Assembly: GCF_001194135.2 (NCBI RefSeq)
Contig: NC_068996.1
Coordinates: forward strand, 22,928,359-22,992,358
Length of the DNA: 64,000 nt
Reading direction: 5' to 3'
Origin: Octopus bimaculoides
Taxonomy: Eukaryota
This document shows positions 1 to 12,609 of the stretch, piece after piece. A model generated the notes under the pieces. The model saw nothing but the letters and a program-made list of their open reading frames with translations, had not been told where the DNA came from and did not search any database. Numbering within the stretch: position 1 is the stretch's first letter; each line of letters opens with the position of its first letter. The position numbers and the translations under genes were made by a program.

Positions 1-461
1 CCTATATTACTTGATTAACTATTCAGATGGTCAACATGTAACCTACTTTGCCAAAAACATTGAGCATCCCAGTGAATATACCCGATGGACCAGCAGCTTT
101 CCCTGCCTTCATTGCTCTATTGATCTATCTATCATACTGGTTTCATCTTGAATTGCCAATACCTCTATTGGCTCAGCACAAGGAACACCCACTTTATTCC
201 ATACATTCTTCACATTCAACATCGTATATTTTGCATTTCCATGATTGTAATGCATAGTTTTTTGCCATCAGACAAGTGTACCTGTCTCCATCATTAAAGA
301 TTCATTTCTCTCTCTACCTTTTCTATCTCTACTACAGCAAATACTATGCCTTGCAATTATTATATCATAAAGCATGCTTTAGTAAAACATTTGCAGTTTC
401 TGAGCAGTTTTTTTTCATATATTCCAAAATAAATAATATTAAGGAATAAGTGTCAAATAAA

Positions 462-585
462 GGCATGGCTGTGTGGTAACAAGCTTGCTTCCCAACCACA
501 TAGTTCCAGGTTCAGTCCCACTGTGAGGCACTAAAGCCTTGTGAGTGGATTTGGTAGATGAAAACTGAAAGAAGTCTGTTGTATT
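462..585 (+). mobile_element. tRNA-derived SINE family S1, 5' part (internally deleted)
   Basis: ggcatggctgtgtggtaacaagcttgcttcccaaccacatagttccaggttcagtcccactg head; matches the full copy at 62038-62421. Confidence 0.75.
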
Positions 586-589
586 CGAA

Positions 590-1320
590 TGTAGTCATTG
601 CCAGTGCCGGCTGACTGGCCCTTGTGCTAGTGGCATGTAAAAAGCACCGACTACACTCTCAGAGTGGTAAGAATGTAGTGGGTGCTTTTTACATGCCACT
701 GGCAACGACCACATTTGAATGGTACTTTTTATGTTGTGTGTATATATATACACACATATATATATATATCATCATCGTCATTTAACGTCTGCTTTCCATG
801 CAGGCATGGGTTGGACAGTTTGACTGAGGGCTGGCAAGCCAGAAGGCTGCAACAGGCTCCAGTCTGATCTGGCAAGGTTTCTACAGCTGGGTGCCCTTCT
901 TAACGCCAACCACTCTGAGAATGTAGTGGGGGCTTTCTACATGCCACTGGCACGGGGACTAGTCAGGTGTCACTGACAACAGCCAGGCTGAAATAGTGCT
1001 TTTTATGTACCACTGGCATGGGACCAGTCAGGCAGCACTGGCATCAACCATGTTTGAATGGTGCTTTTTACATGCCACTGGCATGGGTGCTAGTCAGGCT
1101 GTACTGGCATCAGCCACAACAATGTCTTCACTTGCCTCAACAGGTCTTTGCAAGCACCTCATCCCAAGTCTTCCTGGATCTACCTCTTCCACAGGTTCCC
1201 TCTACTGCTAGGGTGTGACACTTTTTCACACAGTTGTCCTCATCCATACGCAACACATGACCATACCAGTGCAGTCGTCTCTCTTGCTCACCACATCTGA
1301 TGGTTCTCATGTCCAACTTT

Positions 1321-1325
<5 letters not shown>
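590..1325 (-). mobile_element. 5'-truncated RTE-clade LINE (ORF C-terminus plus 3' UTR), with a short inverted piece at 590-670
   Basis: Minus strand ...RRLHWYGHVLRMDEDNCVKKCHTLAVEGTCGRGRSRKTWDEV, followed by the 3' UTR module and a (GAT)n-type tail near 775. Confidence 0.85.
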
Positions 1326-1357
<32 letters not shown>

Positions 1358-1819
1358 GTGTGTGTGTCTTTGTGTCTGCGTTTGTCTTCCCACCACTTGA
1401 CAACTAATGTTGGTATGTTTATATCCCCATAACTTAGTGGTTCAGCAAGACACCAATAGAATGAGAACTAGGTTTACAAAGAATAAAGTCCTGAGGTCGA
1501 TTTCTCTGACAAAAATCCTTTAAAGCAATGCTCCAGCATGGTCTCAGTCTAATGACTGAAAAAAGTAAAAGATAAAAGATAAAAATAGCTCAATATCTAT
1601 CATTTTTATGTCCCTCACCTATCAAATACTCAAAAACACACACACACATATATATATCTCCAGATATACACTACTCGACAAATTGATTGTATATGTATGC
1701 ATGCATCTTTCGAAGCCTTACTTCATTTTACTTATTATTATTGTTATTATTATTATTGTTGTTGTTGTTATTATTATTATTTATTATTATTATTATTATT
1801 ATCATCATTATTATTATTA

Positions 1820-2200
1820 TTAAGGTAAAATTTGGCAAAATTGTTAACACATCAGACAAAAGGCTCAGCAGTATTTTGTCTATCTTTATGTTCTAAGTTC
1901 AAATTCCACCAAGGTTGACTTTACCTTTCATCCCTTTCAGGGTCAATGAAATAAGTATTAGTCATATCCTGGATTATTATTGTTAGTAAAGCAGTGAGCT
2001 GGCAGAATTGATAGTAGCTGGACAAAACGCTTAATGGCATTTTGGCTGTCTTTATGTTCTGAACTCAAATTCCACTGAGGGTCAACTTTGCCTTTCATTC
2101 TTTCAAAGTCAATAAAAGAAGTGCCAGTTGAGCAATGGGGTTGATGTAATTGTCTAGCTCCCTCCCCAAAATTTCAGGCCTTGTGCCTATAGTAGAAAGT
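1820..2200 (+). mobile_element. Two tandem copies of tRNA-derived SINE family S2
   Basis: gagctggcagaat...ttctgagttcaaattcc..gaggtc.actttgcctttcatccttt..gggtc.ataaa... pattern ending ccttgtgcctatagtagaaag. Confidence 0.8.
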
Positions 2201-2204
2201 AATA

Positions 2205-4078
2205 CTATAGTGATGGTTTGGCATTTGCTTGGTCATCAAATTAAACAGCCACCTCTTGGAACCTTTCGGCATTGAATGTTCAGTTTGCCAAGGATGTCCT
2301 CGCTCCCTACTTTTATATGTTTTGGCTTTATAACCCTTGCTGCAAAGGCTGGAGAATTTGAGGGGTATCCCATTCGAACTAGGCCTCAGGTGAGCTAGCT
2401 GTGTCTGCATATGCAGACAACATAACTATCATGGTGTCAGACTCTTCAGATATAGAAACAATCAACAATCTACTGAAAGAGTGTCAGGAATGTACAGGAG
2501 CACCGATAAACCAGGACAAGCCAGTAGGTCTGCAATCAGGCTCTTGGAGAGGCAAGTCCATATGGACTAGCAGTGATTTCTGTGACTGGACAGAGGGTCT
2601 GGTGAAAGTGCTCGGAGTCTGGTTCAAACCAGTTCTCCTGGCAGATATGAACTGGGAAGAGGTCATGACCAAGGTGGCCAAGCTCACCCAGAAATGGGCA
2701 GAAAGGAAGCTGTCTCTGAAAGGCCAAGTGGAAGTAGTGAATGCATATATTGCCTTGATAGTGTACTACTAAGGCAATATAGGCATTCACTACTTCCACC
2801 TGGCCATTGTACCTTGTCCCAAGAAAACTCTGACCAGAGTGGAGCACTTGCATTTTTTAATTCTTATAGAAGGGTCAGGCTCTGTTAATCAGAAAATCTA
2901 TCAGCTGTCAACACCTACACCAAGATGATCTTAAGATGACATCTTTGATGATGTGGCATCATGCATTGAAGCTGACACACCTACATAAATATCTAAATCA
3001 CTGATTTAGTGATTGTGTGAACAACAGTGACAAAAATAAGGGTGAACTGGTGTGGGCGTCCTTTGTACAACTCATCTCATCGATAGATCTGCAGTAATCG
3101 GTCAAACATAGACCAAAGTTAGACGTTTGGTATCTAGAATGTTGCTAGGCACTCACTGCAATGTACCAGCTGGACAAAACTGTTAGCAAGAAAACAACTC
3201 AAGATTTCTATAGGAGGCTGGTTGAGGGCATGAGTAACGATGGTCTAGGATTGACTCTGGATACTGATGAGAACAGTCTGAGTAGTCTCTTCCAGAGGAC
3301 CTTGGAGTTGAAGATCATGGACAATTTCCAAAAGTCGTTGGCACTGCCTGTTTGAGACAGGCTCTTCAGGCATGGAAGTGCTAACAGCCAAATCTGCCAG
3401 AGATGTATGCAAGGAGACAAAACCGTTCTGCATGTAATCATTCAGTATCAGTGCATTAGAGGGTTGTGGGCTTGTGTAGGGCAGCTGCAGTCTTGTGCCA
3501 GACGAATTCAGCTGTCTGCCAAGTCTATAGTGAAGATCAACACATCACCTTTCTTTAGCAGAAGAAGGAAAGCAGATCTTTCTCTGCTCAGTGGCTGTGG
3601 CAAAAGAAGTTGTGTGGTGAACCGATCTGAAAGGTTTCAAGACAGGCACTTACCTATCTTGCCAAGCCCTCGTCAATTTCTGCAATGAGGGTAGAGAGGG
3701 AGGTGCTGCATTCTAATGTGTTTATCAAGAGGTGGACGACAGTGGCAAGACTAGTGAGACTGAATGGATCAACTGAGTATGCTTTTCAAAGCAAGAGGAA
3801 AAAAACAGGAAGTGGGCACTTTCCCATGCCTTGGGGATGGCAGACTGGAATTTTCGCATGGGATTTATCCTGAATCATCCTAATTGGACTGCCCTGCTAT
3901 TGGGGATTCTAATTATTTATTTCTCTAATTTCTACTACATACCCTTTGTTATATCTTTTAATGTGTTTCCCTTTGATCAAGGCAAACCCCACTTGTTTTT
4001 GTTTTTGTGTGTTGTAACTCATCCTTTGATCTTGTCCTCTCTGTCTTGGGGTCTTGTGGCCAGTAAAAGAACTCAATA
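2205..4078 (+). mobile_element. Tx1/L1-clade non-LTR retrotransposon, 5'-truncated and degenerate (RT C-terminal half, zinc knuckle, 3' UTR)
   Basis: QGCP..LYVLAL.PLL, SAYADNIT (YADD), VKVLGVWF, WAERKLSLKGQVEVVNAYI and a CQRC...HVIIQ..C zinc-knuckle remnant; several stops and frameshifts; followed by (ATT)n. Confidence 0.85.
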
Positions 4079-4104
4079 TCATTATTATTATTATTATTAT
4101 TATT

Positions 4105-4310
4105 GCAACGAGCTGGCAGAATCATTAGCACAAAGGGCAGAATGCTTAGCGGTGTTTCGTCTGTTTTCCCGTTCTGAGTTCAAATTCCGTCTTAGTCGAC
4201 TTTAGCTTCCATCCTTTCAGGGTCGATAAAATAAGTACCAGTTGAGCATTAGGGTTGATGTAATCGATTTACCCCTCCCCTGAAATTGCTGGCCTTGTAC
4301 CAAAATTATT
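4105..4310 (+). mobile_element. SINE family S2
   Basis: Full head-to-tail match to the S2 pattern, followed by a long (ATT/ATC)n tail to ~4415. Confidence 0.8.
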
Positions 4311-4311
4311 A

Positions 4312-4357
<46 letters not shown>

Positions 4358-4964
4358 CATTATTATTATCATTATCATTATTATTATTATCATTATTATT
4401 ATTATTATTATTATCGATAAATGGCAGTATGTGTATTAGAACCATGGTAATGATTGTAGGAAGCAGAATACTCTTTTTAAGACTGACCGTTTTAAATTAG
4501 CTTGTAAATATAAATAAATACCACCGAACTGACTAACAGAATTGATTGCTTAACAAGAGCTCCGAGAAAAACATGGATAACGGGATGGTCATGCTAATTC
4601 ACCAGCCTCTCCTGGGCCTTACTTAGTGAAAAGAGGTTTCCACTAGGAAGTAGGCTGATGATGTTGGTGGATGGATGGTCTACTAAAGTAATTTATTTTG
4701 TCTATTATTGTCAGAATACAAATTGTTGATGTTTAATTCAGACTTAAGCTGTGAGTCAATATCAAAATATCTACGTGAATTAAATTTCGAAAAGTTATTT
4801 TTCATGTCCAAACGAACAACACCAAGATATGTGTACACGCGCGCGCGTGTGTGTATTCAGTTATAATAAAAACAATTTAACATTAAATCTGATGGGTTAG
4901 CCTATGCTTTTATAAAGTACAAAACGACGATAGATTAGAGCTAACCGAAACTTCGAAGTTGCTG

Positions 4965-5052
<88 letters not shown>

Positions 5053-5896
5053 TTAATAAATCATTTTTATATTTGAATTAATATGCTATTACAGATATTA
5101 TTTCTTAATCCAATAATAAACAGATATCACTTGAAAATATATATCCAAATTATTAGATGTTTGATATTATATTTATAAACAATACGGATATATTTTTGTT
5201 TTCACAAAAGCGATATTGATTTATTAACCACAAAGGACAACAAAAAAGCTTTAAATGTATTATAAACAAACAAAATGCCGAAGCAATAAGGTTGTGATGA
5301 AAACGTAACAATAATATTAACAAGGAAATTAAATGAGAACGAAAACCAGAGTTATGAGACGAGAAATAATTAGTTGTTTTCCAAGCAATTTATTCAATTA
5401 ATCTTTTTTAGCCCATTGGGATTCATACAACTAAACACTATTGGGGAAAAATTTTAATAAAATTAAGGTTTGATTTAAGGTGGGTTTAGCAGAATAGCAA
5501 TAATGATATTGTGTAAGATTGTATACGATTTAGCATTGTCGAAGTATTTTAAATAGTTTGCGAATGCTCCACCAGCAGAAAGTACTTACTGTTGATCGAT
5601 GTTGCCAATAATTGTAATAGTTAATATAATTTTTGCTAATAATAAGTACAGTCGTGTTAATATAAAAATTACAGTGTTACTTTTAGTTACGCAATATATA
5701 TCAGCAGCATCTCAATATTATATATACAAATAATACAATACATTATGCTATTATAATTATTACGTCTACAGTAATTAGGTTTTACAGATAGAAAAAAAAA
5801 AGAACTCTCTTATTTGTAAGCTATATATTATTATGTAGCATCGCCTAATTTACTGTTGTTACTGACGTTAAATAAACAGTAGAAAAACAAACATAC

Positions 5897-6052
5897 CATT
5901 GCGAATCCTGATAAAAGTGCTGATGTACGACTTGAGGCTTTCAATTTAGCTCGACCAAGATACAGCTTTCTCCACGATAAAACACTTGCCGTGGTTTCAT
6001 TTGTCATCGGAGGAAGCTGGATTTTAGGTATACTATTTGGTTGGGGATTCAT
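5897..6052 (-). CDS. Orai: Orai (calcium release-activated calcium channel protein), first coding exon (N-terminus, ETON region, TM1 up to Met)
   Basis: Translates [52 protein letters not shown] (52 codons), the signature Orai ETON/TM1 sequence. It ends at a phase-0 donor ATG|GTATGT (intron starts 5896), the same position as the human ORAI1 intron after ...SGFAM. No second exon (VAMVE...) was seen in 1-5896. Confidence 0.95.
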
Positions 6053-6266
6053 TGTCAAAAAATAAATTTGATTTCGAAGGTTAAAGATATCGAATACAGG
6101 AGTCAAGAGAAACAGAGCACAAATTACAGAAAATAAAACAAGATACAGACGGATGCTACTCAGTGGTGGGGTGGGAGAGTGGAGTGGCTATTCACTTGAC
6201 TAACAGACTGCTGGTTGTATTTTTAGACGTAAGATTGTTTTATAGTTTCGAAAAGAAAAAAAGACC
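6053..6266 (-). other. Probable 5' UTR part of the Orai exon, with a candidate splice acceptor at 6268-6267
   Basis: ATG-free non-repeat sequence upstream of the Orai ATG, preceded on the minus strand by a pyrimidine tract ending ...tttttcaag|ggtc. Inference only. Confidence 0.35.
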
Positions 6267-7559
6267 CTTGAAAAATTTGTTTTAAATAAAGAAATGAGAA
6301 AAATTGTAAAATTTATAATCAAGATGTGTGTCATAAACGGTGAAGCTTCCTGTAAAATACGGTGATGACACAACACTTGTATACGTTGAATAAAAATGCT
6401 GAAAGTCCATAGTTATAGAGGGTGAAATTGATAAGTTCGAAGCAATAGATCTATTATATCCTGTCAGCTACGCTGATGTCTGTGTTCGTAAAAAATCAAC
6501 ATTATAAACTCTCGCTACCTCACAGCCCATTTAACTTTTGGAGTTTCGCTTTTATTGTTGTTCTTGTTGATTTTTTTAAAAACTCTGATCGAGTAAACAT
6601 AATTGAACCCTTTCATTTGTAATCATCTCATCTTATATATCACTCCATTTTTCGACATATCCTACTCTACTTAAGACTGTAGGTGTGATTTTTTTAAAAG
6701 TAGATTTGGCTGCTGTTTCTTGCAGCTGGAGCGGTTACGTTGAGGCTTAGCAGCACTGAAATCAACAGGGAAACCATTCCAATGTACAGCTGCAGAGCAG
6801 TGCCAGCTAATAATTTTTATCACCCACTGCACAGACACCTGCCTCTTAATATAGGTTTACATGTAATTGTTAATATGTATAAGAACGTAAAACCAAAATC
6901 ATAGAATAACGGAAAATATTACAAACAGAAACGTCATTAAAATCTTTCTAATGAAACGTACAGTATTGCTTAAAATATATACATTTAATAATATTTATTA
7001 ATTATAAAATTAAAGTAATATGCACACTTGAAACAGCATTAGATTAAAATACTGATATGTATAAAATTTATAATGTGATGTCTACAAACGTAGAACAGCA
7101 GCACTTGTAATATTTTGTTTCAAACTTTTTAAAGAGACTTGCGTAAAACACATAGCTTCTCTTAGAATGCGGGCAAATAAAATACACTCTAAAAAAGTAT
7201 TAACATTGATTGATCCAATCACTAGTGATTCCATCTGACTGTTTTTTTGTATAAGCAATGAATCAAAAAATCCAGTATACAGCTCTCAAAAACCGGTTAT
7301 CTGAAAGACTGCACACAGTCCAAAACTTTGTCTTGCTAATTTCCGTGAGATCCTATCATTGTATTATATATGCAGGTTGTTGTGGTGGTGGTAGTGGGAG
7401 GAGGGCGTTCACTTTGAACGAGAAAACAATTTGTGATTTACACTCTGGAGTCGATAAAATAAAGTGTCAGTCAAGTACAAGAGTCGAAATAAAATGACTG
7501 ACCCATTCTCCCCCCACCCTATATCAGAAACAATTATAAGTAGGTAGCCCATACGCAAA

Positions 7560-8560
7560 GTCCTACAGAGACGCATTCAGGAAGAACATGTTATGCATGA
7601 TGTTCAGTTGAAGTTCGTTTTTATGTTGCAATTTTGAAATTTTTTGCATAAAAGCTTGATTGCTTCCACATTGGACACTACCCTGATACAAAGAGTTGAT
7701 CTGCAAACATAAAATTCTCAGGGCTGATGCCCTGCCTATGGCCAACGTCAACAGTCTACTCTGTTTGGATGAACTCCACATCTCTATTGCACTCAGAGTG
7801 GGAGCTGACGTCTGTGGAGGACTGAGATGTTGCTGTGGTAGGTTCTCAACTCTACAGGCCTTCATGGTTTGTCTTGCCACCTAAATGCAGGTCGTTTTAC
7901 TCGTTGCACTGACCTAAACCTGATCTTTGAGCAGACCCTGGCTTGGGTAAGTATCCCCTCAGTTATGGAGCCAGCAGGATTATACAGAAGTGATGGGAAG
8001 AGACTAGATGGTCTTACCTTCTTCTCCGGGGTAAGAAGTAGGTGACTCAACTGGGATGCCACAGCCAGTGATTCCTTTGCTCCCTCCCAAATCCTGGATG
8101 CTGCAGTAAATGGGAGGGTCACTGCTTGCGTAGTTGAATGAAACCAAATCCTTAAGTATTGGGACTCATCAGTGAACCATTTCTTCCATCCTGTAGTGTT
8201 TGAGATGTTTGGAGGAGCTGGGTTGCTGGCATCAAAATTTTTGTCATCATTAGCAGCTCACCTTACCAATGTGTCAGGTGATATCCATGAGGTTGCTTGG
8301 CTGTTTCAATGCCTTAGCCTTGCCATCACCCATGATAATGCTGCAAACATGTTGGCTTGCTACATTAGGTTCCATTACGTCTTTTGGTGTGCAACAAATT
8401 GATGCACTTGGTGTTGAATTGATGTTTTTCTTCTTTTCGTTTCTTTTGTTTTGCTCCTGTTCATGTTTTCTCTGTTTTGGATTAGTATTTTAATATGGAA
8501 ATATCTTTATGTAATTAAGTTGTAGAATAGTTTCATTAAACTGAACTTTTCTTTTTCTTC
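7560..8560 (+). mobile_element. CRE-clade-like non-LTR retrotransposon, 3' fragment with restriction-like endonuclease
   Basis: ISIALRVG...C.CG, EPAGLYRSDGKRLDG.T, WDATASDSFAPS, FHPVVFEMFG and WLFQCLSLAITHDNAA match the RLE C-terminus of CRE-type elements. Confidence 0.75.
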
Positions 8561-9837
8561 AAAAAGAAAAAAATTACTTAGGCTTGGATAAAAAAATCTA
8601 CGGAGTTGGAGTTAAACTTTATACTTCTGTACTCAGAACATCAGTCAAATAAACTTCAGAATATTTCAATTAAACTAAATTTCAGTATTATTTACTAACT
8701 GTATTTTTTTTTTTTAACAAAAAATAACTTTGTAGATAACCAAAATTTTTATACAAAGCTTTTGATATTATAACATGTTATCTTATAAATAATGCTTAAG
8801 TGTGTATGCATGTGTCTTTCTGTCTGTGTGTTGCACCCACTCCACCGCTTTAGAAACATAGCTGGTTTGTTTACATACCTGTAACAAAGTGGTTCAGCAA
8901 AAGGAGTTGATTGAATAAGCACCAAACCAGTACAACTAAAACACTTCAGGGTGGTGCCCAGGATGGCTACAATCTAATATCTGAAATAAGTAAAAAATAA
9001 AGGATACAAGATATCTATCTATCTATCTCTCTAAATGTCAGTCTCTCTCTCTCCTTCTCGCTCTCTCTATCTATCTATCTGCTTGTCTGTCTGTCTCTCT
9101 ACATATATCTGAGTGTATAACTGTATGCATGTATACAGCAATACCTTTACTCGTGTAATGCATGTGTATACTCTTTTCTTTTAGTCATGGGACTGTGACC
9201 ATGATGAGACATACATATTCTTCCTTTTCTTTCACCTGCACTTAGAGTTCTCCCTCTCGCTCATTTTCTATATAACCTTTACTCAGTATTCTCCCTCCCT
9301 CTCTTTAATGTTCTCATTTCACAAATAGTGTTCTCCTACCCCTTCCTTTTCAAAGTAATGTTCTCTCACTGTTCTTCCTTCGTTCCATCTCCATATAACC
9401 TTCACTTAACGTTCTCCCCCCACCTTCTTTTCTATATAACCTTCACCTAATGTTCCCCCACTCTTTCATTTTTTTATATAACCTTTACTTAACGTTCTCC
9501 CTCCCCACCGCCTTCTTTTCTATATAACCTTCACCTAATGTTCCCCCTTGACTCCATTTTCTATATAACCTTCACTTAACGTTCTTCCCCCCACCTTCTT
9601 TTCTATATAACCTTCACCTAATGTTCCCCCTCGACTCCATTTTCTATATAACATTCACTTAACGTTCTCCCTCCCCTTATCCCTTCCTTTTCCACATGAC
9701 CTTCACTAAATGTTCTCTCTCCACTTCATTTACTATATAACATTCCCTCAGTGTTCTCACTTCCCTTTATTTTCTATATAACCTTCACTTAAGGTTCTCC
9801 TAACACGTCCTTTTCTACATAACATTCACCTAAGGCT

Positions 9838-10210
9838 TTAACGTTCAGATTACCCTGTCAAATGTAATGCTTATTTATTCGCCTTGTTTTGAATTAATCA
9901 CGTAATATTTCATAGCTTACAATGACGCGATTGTTAATATTCCAGGGTAGGCAGTATGACCATTTAGGTCTAGCTACTTTGAACATAAGATGTAAAAAAT
10001 ATTTTGGCCTGATATTCTGTCAATACATATTTATTCACATTCTCAAGTTCATGATGCATTATCTCATAGCTTCAAGATTTTGATGATGTGATTGTTTATT
10101 TTAAGAATGACATTGTCAAATAGGTGTGAGAGGCTGGATCTGACCAGTTTGAACATAAAATGAGTAGAATATTTGGGCAGGGTATGACTGGTTTAATTGC
10201 TAAAGGGTTA
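9838..10210 (-). mobile_element. Two adjacent degenerate copies of a ~220-bp piggyBac-like MITE
   Basis: Ends taaagggttaa (TTAA plus CCCTT-type terminus); reverse-complement match to 12386-12609. Confidence 0.55.
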
Positions 10211-10813
10211 ATGTTTTCCTATACCTTTTCTATACAACCTTCATCTCCCAACACCCAGTTTATTTTCCATCTCATCTTCACTCACTGTTCTCCCATCCAT
10301 TCCTTTTATATATTATCTTCACAAAATATCCTCTCTTCTCTTTCATTTCTATATAATCTTCACTTAGTATTCTCCTTCCTTTTTTATACAGCCTAGACTT
10401 TGAGTTCTCCCCCTCACCCACTTCCTTTTCTCCACCTGTTTACTTTCTATATAACATTGACATCTATATAGGTGCAGGTGTGGCTGTGTGGTAAGAAGCT
10501 TGCTCCCCAACCCATGGTTCCAGATTCAGTCCCACTGTGTGGTGCCTTCATCAAACTATTTCTCTGTCATTTATAACTTTATATATATAACAAATAGTGG
10601 CCCAACAAGATACCGATTTTGGCTGGAAATAGCAGTCGATAACCATTCAATGCTTGGTAAAGCTTCCCTGAATTTATTGGTACCTTGTTGTGCCACTATT
10701 TCCTATTTATAATTCTACCTTTACGGTGCTTTATTTTGCTGGAAAATTATACTATTGCATTGTAATATTATCTATAATTCTTATAGATAAATATATAGAC
10801 AGACAGACAGATG

Positions 10814-10848
<35 letters not shown>

Positions 10849-11200
10849 ACGCTCCACCACTGCTTGACAACCAATGCTGGTGTGTTTATGTACCTACAAC
10901 CTAGCATTTCAGCAAAAGAAACCAATAGAATAAGAATCAGTTGATAGATTCGACTAAAAATTCTTCAAGGTGGTGCTCCAGCATGGCCGCAGTCTAATGA
11001 CTGAAACAAGTAAAAAGTATGCTGCTCTCCTTTCTGTATAACCTCCATTCAGGGTTTTCTCTCCCCTTCATTTTTCATACAACTTTCTTTTAGTGTTCTC
11101 CCTTCATTTCCATTTTGCATGAATCCATCACTTATACAGTTGTTATTCCCCTTCTTTCTCTTCATCACTTTTACTTAATGCTCTGCTTCATTCCCTTTTG

Positions 11201-12302
11201 TATACAAGGGGGTGCCCAAAAGAAACTGGAATTTTGCAATATTATGTTTTTTCACTTAGTTTTACATGTTTACACTTTTATCACCTTCAGAGTATTCTCC
11301 ATCTGAAGCAATGTATCAGTCCAGATGCATTTTCCACTGTTCAAAGCAGCCCTGGAACTCTTTTTTTTCTTCACCTCTTCCACATCTGCAAAACATTTTC
11401 TGAGCGAGATCGTTGCCAGTGCCCCTGGACTGGCTCTTGTGCGGGTGGCACATAAAAGACACCATTTCGAGCGTGGCCATTTTTGTGCGGGTGATACGTA
11501 AAAGCACCCACTACACTCTCTGAGTGGTTGGCGTTAGGAAGGGCATCCAGCTGTAGAAACTGCCAAATTAGATTGGAGCCTGGTGTAGCCATCCGGTTGC
11601 ACCACTCCTCAGTCAAATCGTCCAACCCATGCTAGCATGGAAAGCGGACGTTAAACGATGATGAAGATGATGATGATGATGACTCTTTTTATTTGGGGGA
11701 ACAAAAAAAAGTTTCAGAGAGTAATATCAGGTGAATTGGGAGGGTAAGTAAGCAGGCTCATGCCATTTTTGGTTAGAAACTGTCACACACACTCACGGCA
11801 GTATGTGGAGGCACATTGTAATGATGAAAGTTTGTTAATTGTTTGGCAGTGGTTCTCCCAAGATCAGTTCATGAATTTTCATGAGGTTTTCATTCCTTCA
11901 GTAGGCCAACGGTCGCCCTGAATAAGGTTGGTCCTCAAGCAACAAGTGCACATTCCTAAAGCATGAAAACCATTCATAAACTTGTGTTTTGCTCATGGCA
12001 GCATCCTTGTAAACTGTTTGAAGCATAACAACTGTTTCAGACACCATTTTCCCCCGGCAGAAAACAGAATTTCATGGAAGCATGCTGTTCTTTTGTTTCA
12101 GCCATCACAAAAATTGATGAACAGGGGAGAAGCTCTGCAAAACAAAGATGCATCCAGGTGGCAGTACGATAAGAAATGTTGTTGGTTGGCAGACTGATGT
12201 CTGAGGGTTGCATCAAGTAGCTTCGAGCAGCAGAAGCCTGAACTACAATGGGTTTGTCCTACAGAGAACATTTCCAGTTACTTTTGGGTAGCCCCTTGTA
12301 TA
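11201..12302 (-). mobile_element. Internally deleted Tc1/mariner element
   Basis: TIRs tatacaaggggtgcccaaaag (11201) and cttttgggtagccccttgtata (to 12302). Minus-strand remnants LEDQPYSGRP and FHHYNVPPHT...YPPNSPDI resemble mariner HHDNAPAH and YSPDLAP. Confidence 0.8.
11391..11682 (+). mobile_element. RTE LINE 3' UTR fragment nested in the mariner element
   Basis: aaagcacccactacactctc...ggaagggcatccagctgtagaaac...gcggacgttaaacgatgatga tail. Confidence 0.8.
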
Positions 12303-12385
12303 ACCTTCATTCAGTATTTTCTTCTTATTTTTTTTATATAACCCTTAATGTTCCTCTCCACCTTCTTTTCAACATAATATGCTAA

Positions 12386-12609
12386 TTACCCTTTAGCATT
12401 TAAACCAGCCATATCAAGCCCATTATTCTACATGTTTATGTTCAAACTGGCTAGATTCAGCCTCTCACACCTACTATACAATGTCATTCTAAAAATATAC
12501 AATCACATCATTGAAATTTTGACGTTATGAGATAATACATAGTTAATTCAAACCAATTTAAATAATAAACATTATATTTGACAAAGTAATTCAAATTCTA
12601 AATGGCTAA
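12386..12609 (+). mobile_element. piggyBac-like MITE
   Basis: tta.ccctttagcatttaaacc...aaatggctaa; degenerate CCCTT/AAGGG termini; multi-copy in the window. Confidence 0.55.
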
